In this document: positions 39,832-53,199 of the stretch, in pieces
Layout: each line of letters begins with the position of its first letter
How positions within the stretch are numbered: position 1 is the first letter of the stretch
Assembly (NCBI RefSeq): GCF_006345805.1
Contig: NC_043000.1
Span: 113,646,001-113,710,000 of the forward strand
Length of the DNA: 64,000 bases
Direction of reading: 5' to 3'
Origin: Octopus sinensis
Taxonomy: Eukaryota
Translations under genes and position numbers: made by a program
The notes under the pieces: generated by a model
What the model was told of the DNA's origin: nothing
Seen by the model: only the letters and a program-made list of their open reading frames with translations
The model's database searches: none

Positions 39832-41017
39832 CTGTCGTTCTTTCTGTCTGTCTGTCGCTGTGTTTATTTTACCATCAAATTATCTAATTATTTATCTTTC
39901 CCTCTGTTTGTAGCCGACAATTTAAAACTTTTGTAATTACACTAAAAAAAAAGCAAACGACGACAGCACGTCACAGCAAATGTTACGGCACACCGAAAAG
40001 CAGCAGCGAGCACCATCACCACCATCACCACCACCACCACCATCACCACCATCACAACCCCCACCTCCACTACTACTACCACCACCACCACAATCAGGAT
40101 AACTCTCGCCGCTACCACAACCACTACCAAAAAAATCATCAGAAACGATCAGCCCCACCGCTGTCGCCGCCGCCGCCATCACCACTATCACAACATCATG
40201 ACAACATCAACAAAGCCACCACCACCAACAACAACAATAATACCATCACAATCATCATAAACAAAACGTGGAGGACTGTAAAGAAAAAAAGTAAAAAAAA
40301 AAAATACTCAAAATACATCATTTATAAAGCTGAGCTCGTTGCAATTGGATGCTGTTCTGCAGAAGTGCAGTTGCGCAGTTGTGTGCACACGCATTTTGAC
40401 ATCTTCTGTTACACTGTGCAGAGGCAAGAACAAGAAAACCAGAGAAGCAACGAATTGGAAAAGAAAGGAAAAACTAATAACAAAGGAAAAAAAACAAAAA
40501 AAAAGTTGCTGCCAATTGAAGCAGATTGGAACAAGCTGGGAATCTGACATGTTTTATTGGCTCTCGCAGAGAAGAAGTCTGTGAGTGGCAGTGGAATCTG
40601 ACCATTTTCCTGCTTGTGACTTGTAACTCCGTTAAAGTACAACACACACACTAACGCACGGACACACTTACACATGCTCACACACGGACACAGACATTTA
40701 CACACGCACACACACACACACATATATATACAGACACACACACACACACACACACACACAATATTCTATCGACCGCTCATTATTCGATATTGCTCGATAT
40801 TGTCTAGCATTTCTGGCTGCAATACTGTAGACATGTTTTGGTGATGTGTGTGTCCGTGTCCTGTATACATGCATATATACATGCATAAATAAATAAATAA
40901 ATATATATATATATAGACACACATACATGTATATATATATATGTACATTACATATATACATACATATAGATATGTATATATGTACATATATATATGTGTG
41001 TGTGTGTGTGTCCCGTA

Positions 41018-41053
<36 letters not shown>

Positions 41054-41061
41054 TATATATG

Positions 41062-41094
<33 letters not shown>

Positions 41095-41370
41095 ATATAT
41101 ATACATATATACATATATATATATATATATCCACATATATACATACATACATATATATGTATGTAGATATACATGTATGTATGTGTGTGTGTATATACAC
41201 GGATAGATAGCTTGATAGATAGATAAATACACATATTTATTCGCAGAAGTGTAAATATATATATATATATGTAAATGTGTGTACGTGTAAGTGCCCGTAT
41301 GAGTGCACACTATATTTTTTATATTCCTCTATATATTATACTATTACTGCTTAACTATCTGTCTGTCTTT

Positions 41371-41466
<96 letters not shown>

Positions 41467-41610
41467 TTATCTTGGAGGCTGTCCTCATAGCAGCCAGTTT
41501 CCAGAAAAGAAACATTATTAAATGCTTATGTAATATTGTATTATTTGATTACAAAATAAATATAAGTTTTAAAAAAATTGTCAACTTTTATTATATACAT
41601 TACATATATT

Positions 41611-41765
41611 GAAGTGATGGTTTGTTGCCAACTTAATGTGGCATTCCCAGGAAAGGGGAGAAAGCTACTGCAATTTAGCCCCAGGAAACATCGTTTCCAG
41701 TTGGCTACGTGACACAAGCATTCTGTGTCCTAAAGTTTTCAAACAGGGGAGATAAGCACCTCCAC
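41611..41765 (+). mobile_element. Diverged single-arm copy of the 811-1197 fold-back family
   Basis: ttgccaacttaatgtggcattcccagg...aatttagccccaggaaacatcgtttccagttggcta...ctgtgtcc...agcacc is collinear with 811-968. Confidence 0.75.
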
Positions 41766-42249
41766 CAAGCAAAGCCAGCTTCCAGAGACTATTTTCAGAG
41801 TTATTGCTTTTCATGACTCTGGTGTATTTCTAACGTTGTATATCAGTGAATTTATTTCACTTGAAATTCTGTTAGCTTTCAAAGGCGAATAAGCATCGAC
41901 AGCTAGCAAGCTAAGCTACTCTGAGGGATTTAGAAATGCAATATTTATAATAATTATATATATTGTTTCTGGTATAAATTAATATTACGAAGAAATATAA
42001 CCGGTCCCTGGCACATAGCAAAAAATAAACTGCCGGTACGCCACATCAGACAGTTTGAGAAGCACTGTTCTAGATAGTATAACAGCAATGGCGAACACAT
42101 TGAGACAGATGGATCTAAAGACTGCCAGTGAGCATCAGAATAATTATAGCAACTGTATTTAAATATAACCGAAATTTATATATCGTCTTTGGATTTAGTT
42201 TGCAAGATTCTTTATGTGAGTTCGTGTGTTGAAGCATATTCGGTTGTGT

Positions 42250-42490
42250 CTGGGGAGAGTCTTTCTCTTCTAATGCCTTATAATTTAACAAACTCATTGG
42301 TAAAATTTCCATTCAATTCTTTTTTATTTTCTAAAATGTTCGTTGCGTCTTGCAATCTTTCCAAGTAATTAATTGAAAAGGTTGTAAGACGCAAGGAAAA
42401 TTTTAGAAAAATAAAAAAGAAATAAGTAGAAATTTTACCGGTGAGTGTTTTAAATTATAAGACACTAAAAGAAAATGACTCTTTTCCTGA
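42250..42490. repeat. Imperfect ~240-bp palindrome centred near 42370 (probable old fold-back MITE)
   Basis: cttataattt...ggtaaaattt...ttgcgtctt mirrored by aagacgcaa...aaattttacc...aaattataag. Confidence 0.8.
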
Positions 42491-42849
42491 AACCACAAAA
42501 TAAGAATATTCTTTACTGCACGAGTCTGCATTCAACATCACATCAATGTGCTAAAAAAAAGGTAGAATATATCAATGGATCATTGATGAGGAGCTTATAA
42601 ATCTAGTTTCCTATGCTTTTACAGTTTTATGCAGATTATAACTGGGAACGCAAGATATACGCTAAACTCCTGCCTCCATAATTCTGAATTTAGATTCTCA
42701 GAGAAAGCTTGCAGTTCAATAAACCATATGCTGCTGCGAAATAGTAACGATACGCATCCATCCAATCAAATCCATTCGCCTGTCTGTTCGTCGCTCCACC
42801 AATCTTCCATCTATCAATTCAAAATGTGCAGCTGTTAATCCAGACATTT

Positions 42850-43010
42850 TATTTCTCTATTCGTTTTTTTCTCTCCCCATTTGTTTTCTGTTTTCTTTCC
42901 TTTCTGTAGAAGAGCATAGACGCGAAACGTCAAACACTCACCCTTTTATTTCTGAGTGTCAAACAAATATACCTTGTTCGTAATTTCCCCACCTGTCACT
43001 ATTTGCTTTT
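42850..43010 (+). mobile_element. Penelope-like tail repeat with degenerate minimal HHR (42900-42935)
   Basis: cttt-ctgtaga-a-gagc-atag-acgc-gaaa-cgt-c-aaa. Confidence 0.6.
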
Positions 43011-43109
43011 GTACAATTTTGAACCACCTATCTATATGGTAGCCCTTCTTCGAAGTTATTAATTTCTGACTTGGTACATAAGATGTCAATTGGGTTCCCA
43101 TAAGATATA

Positions 43110-43390
43110 TTTACATGCAAAATTTAGAGGACTGACCACTAAAAGTGGACAGCGTGTATGCCATTTTCCACGAAGAATGTGTTCTCAAGAAAAAAATTGA
43201 GAACACATTCTTCGTGGAAAATGGCGATTTTGACGTCTATATCTAGCATACAGGCAGTCCACTTTTAGTGGTCAGTCATCTAAATTTTGCATGTAAAAAT
43301 TTTTAATCTTCGGATTTTTTAAAAATATGCTAGGCCACTGGTTTAATTGATTAATATCAATTTCTACCCTTATTTAATTTTATATATAAA
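43110..43390 (+). mobile_element. Relative of the 63262-63799 unit with an inverted 5' duplication
   Basis: 43197-43390 is homologous to the junction region of the 506-bp unit; nested IRs of 41 bp (43110-43150/43257-43297, 1 mismatch) and 28 bp (perfect). Confidence 0.8.
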
Positions 43391-43915
43391 GAAAGACCAG
43401 CAGACGTGAAATACAACCAAATACCAAGTTTACTCACTGACTATGACTACCCAACCAAATGACTGACCCACACAAATGAAAACATTTTAAACCTGAAATT
43501 CTGATTATGTCGGCCAACGGCATCACCACAAATCAAATGCAGTAGAAACACATCAGGAACAAGGATACAATGAAGCAACGAAAACCTTGGCACTAAATAA
43601 TCGTTTCTACTATAGTCTCAAGGGCTGATTATGGGCAGAGGGGAGGAAGATAGCCGGTTACATCACCATCCACAGTCGATTTGTGCTTATATTATGAAGC
43701 TTGAAAGGATGAAAGGCAACGTCGCTCAGAACTTAAACAGGGTCGAAATACCGCTGAGCATTTTGTCCAACGTGCTAACGATTCTTCCAGCACGTTGCCT
43801 TCTTCAATCCAAATAATATATGTTTAACTGAAATACATAGATTCTGCATGTTTCAGAATAGCTAATACGTCTGGTTTCCACGCTGTAATTGCTTTAATCT
43901 CAAGACACACACACA

Positions 43916-43963
<48 letters not shown>

Positions 43964-44125
43964 TCGACAGGATTCTTTAAGTTTCGATCTACCAAATCTA
44001 CTCACAAGGCTTTGGTTGGCCCAGGCTATAGTAGAAAGCATTTACCCAAGTTACCACGCACTGGGAGTGAACCCAGAACCATGTGATTGGCAAGCAAGCT
44101 TCTTACCACACAGTCAATCCTGCAC
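43964..44125 (-). mobile_element. SINE family A head
   Basis: Reverse complement of the tRNA-like head and core. Confidence 0.85.
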
Positions 44126-44148
44126 TTATTCCACACAGCCACTCATAC

Positions 44149-44220
<72 letters not shown>

Positions 44221-44283
44221 TTATGTAGATGATAGAGTATAGTATGGTATATAATAGATAAAGAGGAGGAGAGATATAGATAC

Positions 44284-44317
<34 letters not shown>

Positions 44318-45513
44318 AAGCGAAAGAGAGATGTTTCTAAAATGAGTGCCCCATCCCCACACCATTTCCATTGAGCGGAACATCGCCATATTCCAAATTC
44401 TTCCCAGTGAAAAATGTTTATCGGCTTTTCGTTGTGTTCTATCAAGTGTTGCTGTCTTTAAGAGGCAAAAACAGGAAAAAAGAAGACAAAGCAGAAGACG
44501 AAGAATATAAGAAAAACATGAACAGGAAAATAGAAGACGTTGTAGTAGTAGTAGTGTTAGATGATGAAGAAACTGATGATGGTGATGATGACGATGATGA
44601 CGATGATGATAATGATGATGTCGACGATGATGATGATGATGATGATGATGACGACGACGACGGCGACGACGTTGAGCGCGATGATGACGACGACGACGGT
44701 GAATGGAATGATGACGACGACGACGGTGAATGGAATGATGACGACGACGACGGTGAATGGAATGATGACGACGACGACGACGACAGCGATGCCGCTGCGG
44801 CTGCTGCTGCTGCTTGTGACGGTGAAGATGAAGATGAAGATGAAGATGATGATGATGAAAACGATAATGATGATGATGATGATGCTGATGCCGATGATGA
44901 TGATGATGATGATGATGCTGATGCCGATAACGATGATGAGCATGAAAGAAAATGGATGAGAATGACATACAAGTGTGATGGATTAATATAAATGTGGCGA
45001 GAGAGCCGGATAAAATTAGACATTAATCCGTTTAATAATCCCTTCTTGTGTAATCATTGAAAGAGAGAGGAACAGAAAGAAAGAGAGAGAGAGTGAAAGA
45101 AGAAGAGAAAGAAAGAGAGAGAGAGTGAAAGAAGAAGAGAAAGAAAGAGAGAGAGAGAGAGAGAAGGGGGATAGATGGTGGTGATAGGGTGGAGTTGGGG
45201 GAGATTGTGAGGTGGGATTATCTGTACATGGGCTATTTAATCAGAGATCGCCAACTTCAGCACTTCTTATCTTTTTGGTGAAGGAAGAACTTGAAAGGAG
45301 AGAAAGAGATTGGGGTGGATGTGGCGGAGGGTGGTGGTGGTGGTGTGGTGAGGGGTTGAGGGAAACGATGGAGAGAAATGGGAGAAGGAGGAGGAGGAGG
45401 AGGAGTAGAGAAACAGGAAGAAGATGGTGAAGGTAGACGGTAATAAAGAAGAGGGAGGACAAGAAGAAAAATACAACGATGATGATGATGAGGGCTATGT
45501 TGATGATGATGAA

Positions 45514-45558
<45 letters not shown>

Positions 45559-46033
45559 GACGACGATAACGACGAAAAAATAATAAGATGAAGGAGGGAA
45601 GGAAGAGAAAACGAGGAAGAAAATGCAGAAAAGGAAGAAGACGAAGAGAAAGAGGAAGAAAACGAAGAGAATGAGGAAAAAGAAGAAAATGAGATAAAGA
45701 CGAAGAGAAGAAAATGAAGGAGAGAATAAGGAGGCGGGAGAAGAAGAGGAGGAAGAAAAGGACGAAGGAGAAGAAGAAAAAGGAAAAGAAGAATTAAGAA
45801 ATGAGATAAAGAAAAAAGATGAGAAGAGTAAAAAAAAGGAACTCAAGAAAGATAGCAAAGTGGACAACAACAAAAAGAAAAAAAAACTGATGAAAAATAC
45901 AAAAAAAAACAAAAACAAAAAACAAAATGATTTTTACATTGTTCTTCGAGTTCTCAATACAACAATAAAAAACAACAATAATAAAAATAATGATAACATC
46001 CAATACGACACATTCTTTGGTAAAACAGAAAAT

Positions 46034-46077
<44 letters not shown>

Positions 46078-46133
46078 AACAACAGCAACAACAACATCAG
46101 CAGCATCAGCAACATCAACGATGATATCTTTGT

Positions 46134-46554
46134 ACTTGTTCCAGTCATTAGACTCGGCCATGCTGGGGCACCGTCTCGAAGATATCGTTTTTAATTGAAT
46201 GAATCGACGCTGGTCCTTTTTTTTTTGTCTTAAGCGTTGTATTTACCGCATCGGTCTCCTTTGCCGAACCGCTATGTTACGGGGATGTGGACGTGAAAAC
46301 ATCAGCAACGGTTATCAAGCGGTGGTAGGGGACAAGCAAAGACACAAAATCACGCACACATACACGCACACACACACACACATTCATATACGACGGGCTT
46401 CTTTCAGTTTCCGCTCACCAAATCCATTCTCAAGGCTTTAGTCGTCCCGAGGCTATAGTAGAAGGCACTTGCGCAAGATGCCACGTAGCAGTACTGAACC
46501 GGGAACCATGTGGTTGGGTAGCAGGCTTCTTACCACACAGCCATGCCTGTGCCT
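46134..46554 (-). mobile_element. Full-length SINE family A
   Basis: Reverse complement of 14081-14470. Confidence 0.9.
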
Positions 46555-46899
46555 ATACTATGAATAATAAAAAGAAAATAAATACCAACGAAATACCAGA
46601 GGCCTAAACAAAGAAAACAACAACAACTGAAGCAATAACAAAATCCACAACTAGAAGCAGAATGACAATAATATAAAGAACAGCAATAGTAACAAGGTGA
46701 ATGATAATAAAAATAATAACGACATCAAGAAGGATCATCAAAATAAGGATCGATGGTAATAACAAGAGGAATAACAACAGTAAAGACAATAAGAAAAGGG
46801 ACAACAACAATAGGAAGAAGAACTACATCAACAACAACAGCAACGACAACAGCAGCAGAAAGCAACGACAGCTATAAGAACTGTTATAACAGCAGAAAT

Positions 46900-46906
46900 A
46901 GTGATG

Positions 46907-46957
<51 letters not shown>

Positions 46958-47012
46958 GTAATAATAATAATAATAGTAATAATAATATTAATAATAATAG
47001 TAAATAATAATA

Positions 47013-47067
<55 letters not shown>

Positions 47068-47652
47068 TGATGATATAATAATAATAATAATAGTAATGAT
47101 AATAATAATAATAAATAATAATAATAATGATGATAATAATAATAAATAATAATAATAACAATAATAACAATAATAACAATAATAACAATAATAACAATAA
47201 TGATAATAATAATAATAATAATGATAATAATAAAGATGATGATAATAATAATAATAGTAATAATAATAATAATAATATAATAATAATAATAATAATAATA
47301 TAATAATAATATAAGAAGAAGAAGAATGATATTGATAATTATAATTATAATAATATTAATATTAATAATGATAATAATAATAAGAAGAATGATAATGATA
47401 ATGATAGCAATAATAATTATAATGATAATAATAATGATAATAATGGTGATAATAATAATAATAGTAATAATAATAATAATAAGAATGATAATGATAATAA
47501 TAATGATAATAATAATAATAATATTATTAATAATAATAATAATAGTAATAATAATAATAATAAAAATAAAAATAAAAATAATAATAACAATAATAACAAT
47601 AATGATAATAATAATAATAATAAGGAGAATGATAATGATAATAATAATAATG

Positions 47653-47685
<33 letters not shown>

Positions 47686-47833
47686 GTAATAATAATGATA
47701 ATAATAATACTAATAATAATAATGATAATGATAATGGTAATAATAATAATAAGAAGTATGATAATGATAATAATGATAATAATAGTAATAATAATAATAA
47801 TAAGAAGAAGAAGAAGAATGATAATGATAATAA

Positions 47834-47875
<42 letters not shown>

Positions 47876-47901
47876 TAATAATGATAATGATAATAATAAT
47901 A

Positions 47902-47938
<37 letters not shown>

Positions 47939-47964
47939 GAAGAAGAAGAAGAAGAAGAAGAATG

Positions 47965-48021
<57 letters not shown>

Positions 48022-48115
48022 GTAATAATAATAACAACAACAACAACAACAACAATAATAATAATAATAATAATTATAATAATAATAATGATAATAATAA
48101 TAAATAATAATAATA
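46900..48115 (+). repeat. Very long compound (AAT)n/(GAT)/(GAA) microsatellite
   Basis: Direct inspection. Confidence 0.98.
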
Positions 48116-48340
48116 GGGAGCATTTGAGCGGGATGGGTTACTCGACCTAAAGAAAATTTTAACTGGGCCCCACCTGCAAGGTCATGCGCTTTTTATGTTG
48201 ATATGGTATCACCATGTTGCACATGTATGGTTGTGATGCATGTGCCTAGTGTACCCTTATCAGACGGGTATTGACGATGGGTATACTGGGCTTCGTGTAT
48301 TTTACCCCAGTGTCACTTTGATGGCATGCATTGATCTCTC
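48115..48340 (+). repeat. Unclassified dispersed repeat family D (3' part)
   Basis: gggatgggttactcgacc...actgggccccacctgcaaggtcatg...gtacccttatcagacggg is shared with 48650-48810 and 52157-52240. Confidence 0.8.
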
Positions 48341-48414
48341 AACCAATAATAATGATAACAACAACGACAACAACAACAACAACAACAATAATAATAATAA
48401 TAATAATAATACAA

Positions 48415-48830
48415 TATGGGCTACAGAAAATATTCTGCTCAATACCACAGGTTTGCTTGTCAGTTGTCTGACCTTAACCAGTTGAGCATGTCCCTTAGTG
48501 GCTAACGATATGTGCATCTCTGATCATGAGCAGAAGTAGTGGGGGAACATCATAGTCATGTGTTGAGAGTGATTCTTTGGGGTTCGAATTATTCACCTCT
48601 GGAAATATGGATATTTCGTTCAACATTCTTAAACAACCCTTCTTGAGGGACCTTTTGGGATGGGCTACTCGACCGGAAGAAAATTCTAACTGGGCCCTAT
48701 CTGCAAGGTTATGGGCTGTTTATCTAGATATGAGATCACCATGTCGCGCAAATATGGTTGTGGTACATGTGCCTAGTGTACCCTTATCAGACGGGTAGTC
48801 ACATTGATGGCATGCACTGCTCTCTCTCTC
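48415..48830 (+). repeat. Unclassified dispersed repeat family D
   Basis: Collinear with the reverse complement of 52157-52480. Confidence 0.8.
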
Positions 48831-48838
48831 TCTTTCTC

Positions 48839-48871
<33 letters not shown>

Positions 48872-48889
48872 GATGATGATGATGATGAC

Positions 48890-48933
<44 letters not shown>

Positions 48934-48981
48934 GGATGATTATAATAATAATATAATATATTATATTATGATGATATGATG

Positions 48982-49041
<60 letters not shown>

Positions 49042-49298
49042 TTAATAATGCTATTTAAATCCCTCCAGATACTTACTGAAGCAGAGAAAGAATCCCCAAA
49101 GTAAAAACAAACAAAAACGAACAACAGCAAAATAATAATTAATAATCACAGCCATAAGGAGAAAAACAAAACAACAATATTAACAAGAAGAATAAGAATA
49201 ACAACGGTAACAACATGAAGAACAATATTAACAACATGAACGGCAATAATAACATCGAAATCCCTCAAGATAGTTGCTGAAGCAGGGAGGACATCGAC

Positions 49299-49440
<142 letters not shown>

Positions 49441-49793
49441 GTAATAATAATACAAACAATAACGACCAGAACATGAACAGTAATAACAAGAAGAATCACA
49501 ACAGCATCGCTGCTAACAACAACAATAACAACAACAACAACAACAATAATAATAATAATAATAATAGCATTAATAAAAGTAATATTACAAACAAGATTAT
49601 GGTTTAATATTGGAGAAGCGAGGAGACTAAATAAATAGAATGGGATAGATAAAAAATAACAAAACAAAAAAAACGGACAACAATAACATTATCATCATCA
49701 TCACCATCATCATCAACCTTTCCATCATCATCATCACTACTAACACCACCACCACCACCACCATCATCATCACCACGATCATCATCATCATCG

Positions 49794-49830
<37 letters not shown>

Positions 49831-50199
49831 TACCACAACCACCACCATCATGATCATCATGATCATCATCACATCATCATCACCATCATCATTATCATCA
49901 TCATCACCACCACCGCAACCATTATCATCATCACCATCATCATCATCGACAAGACCAAGAACAATATTTCAAGCAAGATTATAGTTTTCGTATTGATGAT
50001 GACAACGTTAGCAGCATCATAAAAAATAATCGCAACATCATCACCACCATCATTATCATACCCCCACACCTCCACCACGAACCTCACCACCTCCGACAAC
50101 AACAAGAACAGCAGCAGCAGTAACGTTACAAACAAGATTATGGATTTAATATTGAAGAATTCGATTAGACTATCAACAACAATAATAACAGCAATAACA

Positions 50200-50520
50200 A
50201 GAACACTTTCCAAGAAAGGCCTCAATGTGTTGACGAGAAAAGAAGTCGTGATGTTCATGCCAGAGCGATGGACTCTGCAGTTCTGCGACTTCCCCCAGGA
50301 GCTGCTTCTCCAGCACACAATTACCAAAAATGGGTTATTTACCAGAGTATGCAAAAATGAGCGAACAAGGAAGAACTAGAATTGATTTGACCAACAGAGA
50401 CGAATGCAGGTGTATCAAATACCATACAACATAATCACTTGATTTATTAAAATTATTTTCGCCTCTAGGGTAACTAATGGCGATTTAAAACCAGAAACAC
50501 GTCTCCACGAATATCCTCTT
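50200..50520 (+). pseudogene. Probable fragment of a Tx1-related ORF1 C-terminus
   Basis: 21-bp identity (tatcaaataccatacaacata) and flanking similarity to the reverse complement of 51170-51290. Confidence 0.45.
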
Positions 50521-51095
50521 TAAGGCGGCAAGCTGGCAGAATCGTTAGCACGCCGGGCGAAATGCTTAGTGCTATTTTGTGTCATTACGTTCTGAGTTCA
50601 AATTCCGCCAAAGTTGACTTTGCCTTTCATCCTTTCGGGGTCGATAAATTAAGTACTAGCAACGCACTGGCGTCGATGTAATCGACTTAATCCGTTTGTC
50701 TGTCCTTGTTTGTACCCTCTGTGTTTAGCCCCTTGTGGGTAGTAAAGAAATATGTATTTCGTCTACCGCTACGTTCTGAGTTCAAATTCCATCGAGGTCG
50801 ACTTTGCCTTACATCCTTTCGGGGTCGATTAAATAAGTATCAGTTACGCACTGGGGTCGATGTAATCCACTTAATACCCTTGTCTGTCCTTGTTTGTCCC
50901 CTCTATGTTTAGCCCCTTGTGGGTAATAAAGAAAAAGGTATTTCGTCTACCTTTACGTTCTGAGTTCAAATTCCGCCGAGGTCGACTTTGCTTTTCATTC
51001 TTTTGGGGAAGATAAATTAAGTACCAGTTGCGTACTGAGGTCGATCTAATCGACTGCCCCAAAATTTCGGGTCTTGTGCCTAGAGTAGAAAAGAA
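50521..51095 (+). mobile_element. SINE family B head-to-tail trimer
   Basis: A full unit followed by two units starting at gtatttcgtct; tail types long, long, short. Confidence 0.92.
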
Positions 51096-51149
51096 TGTCC
51101 TCTTTATCTCCAGTCTTTTACCTTAGTGGATTATCAGCTTTGGAGAATT

Positions 51150-52150
51150 CTTGAATCCTAAGATTATTTCCCCATCTCAAGTGGAGCTGGTCTTAATTGC
51201 CATTTGGTAATGACCATAAATTCTTTAGAGGCGGAGATCATTTTAATTAACCCAGAATCTATGTTGTATGGTATTTGATATTCCTGTGTTTGGCTAAGTC
51301 ATTCAATGGTTTAATAAGTCTGTTCAATAAAGAATCTAGCCAGAGGTGTTTGCTTCCTCCGTTTTTGGAGGGAAAATAATAATTATTTTCCTTTCTTATT
51401 AACCTGGATTTGATTGTAGATGAGTTTTGCTGTTGTCCTTGCAGGAATGTTGTCTATTTAGTTGTATGGTTGATGTTGCATTTTTGTTCTCGTTTTGATG
51501 CTGGTGGCGGTGGTGCCGTGGCGATAAGAAAGAAATATTTGTTATTGTTTTGGATTATGCGGCGTTTGGTGTTGACGTAGAGTTGGTGCTGTTGCCGTGT
51601 TTGTTTTTCTTACACCTTTTGCTTAATTTTTCAGAAGATTCCCAGATGACCGTTGGTTCCGCACGTGCAGCATCTGGATCCGAAGCTCTCTACAATGACG
51701 GACACCTAACTGCTTGGTCCTAGATACATGCCGTACATCTCGGAAGGCTCTACCCCCTAGTGTCCACGAGGTCGTTTCCTGAAAATATCCTTTCTAGTCA
51801 CACAAAGATGAATTATCTCCCTTTGAACCGTTGCAGAGATAATTTCTCCTCCTCAATTTTCCTAAATCGGAAGGCGTCCTCTGTGCTCAATTCACTGCTG
51901 ATCCAGCGAAAAATGTTATAGCTCTCTATTGGATGCAACTCTCGCAGAAAAAGGGACGCTACCCAGGGTATCGCTACTATTTTTATTGTTGTTGTGGTTT
52001 ATTGTCTTTGTTTAACCACCATTTCTGCTTTCGTCTCTCACTGCTGCTGTAGTCGTTGTTACTGCTGTTGGACTTATTGCTGCTGCTGTTCTCCTTACTC
52101 CGGTTGCTGCAACTGCTTATACTGCCGTTACTATTGCTCCTGCCACCGGT
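51150..52150 (-). pseudogene. Decayed Tx1-type ORF1 fragment
   Basis: Minus strand SVIVESFGSRCCTCGTNGHLGIF* at ~51632-51700 is a CCHC knuckle with the last Cys mutated to TGA, in the same context as 30490-30560. Confidence 0.6.
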
Positions 52151-52156
52151 GTCGAT

Positions 52157-52549
52157 AAAAAACGCATGACCTTGCAGGTGGGGCCCAGTTAGAATTTTCT
52201 TCAGGTCGAGTAGCCCATCCCGCTCAAATGGTCCCTGAATAAGGGTTGTTTAAGGATGATGAACAAAGCACCCATGTTTTCAAAGGTGAATCGTCCAAAC
52301 CCCAAAGAATTCCTCTCAATATATAGCTACGATGCTCCCCCACTACTTCTGCTTGTGATCAGAGATGCAAATATCATCAGCCACTAAGGGACATGCCCAA
52401 GTGGTTAAGGTCAAACAACTGACAAACAAATCTGTGGTATTCTGCAGAATATTTGCTGTAGCCCATCTTTTATACAAAGACAAAACAACGTACACGATAA
52501 CACTTCCAATCAGTTAAGATCAGAAGCCATGAGAGCCACTGCCTGGTAC

Positions 52550-52550
<1 letters not shown>
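52157..52550 (-). repeat. Unclassified dispersed repeat family D
   Basis: Reverse complement of 48415-48720. Confidence 0.8.
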
Positions 52551-52588
<38 letters not shown>

Positions 52589-52804
52589 TTATTATTATTA
52601 TTATCATTATCATTCTTCTTCTTCTTCTTTTTCTTCTTCTTCTTCTTCTTCTTCTTCTTCTTTCTCTCTTTCTTCTTCTCTCTTCTTCTCTTCGTCTTCT
52701 TCTTCTTCTTCTTCTTCTTCTTCTCTTCTTCTTCTTCTTCTTCTTCTTCTCTTCTTCTTCTTCTTCTTATTATTATTATTATTATTATTATATATCATCA
52801 TCAT

Positions 52805-53095
52805 CATTGCCTTTGCACACCTTCTAACGCTGGAGATATATTACAGCGTCAGCTGTTCACTACCAGTGAACTGAGGTAACACCACTTATTTTTCGAGCAC
52901 CTTCCGGAGTATTCGAGCAGTTCCAAGCAGTGCTGTTTTCTGCAAGTGCTCCACCCTTATTTTAGCCCATATTTGTTCCCCATACTTCGCGAGATTTTTG
53001 CTCTCTGGTCTCAGGGCTCCGACAATTATTGGTACAACTGCTACCTTTTTCATAGACCACAACTGCTTAACTTCCAAAGCTAACCTGTCATATCT
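52805..53095 (-). mobile_element. R4/Dong-type REL LINE 3' end (subfamily 4)
   Basis: ORF 52886-53077 reads VPIIVGAL...LQKTALLGTARILRKVLE; (TAA)n-type tracts on both sides. Confidence 0.85.
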
Positions 53096-53111
53096 CTCAA
53101 CTTTTCTTTTA

Positions 53112-53191
<80 letters not shown>

Positions 53192-53199
53192 CATCATTC

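Noticed and set aside
42054-42069. Single hAT/Charlie-like TIR (cagtgcttctcaaact, minus)
   Set aside because: No partner TIR was found, so no element could be delimited
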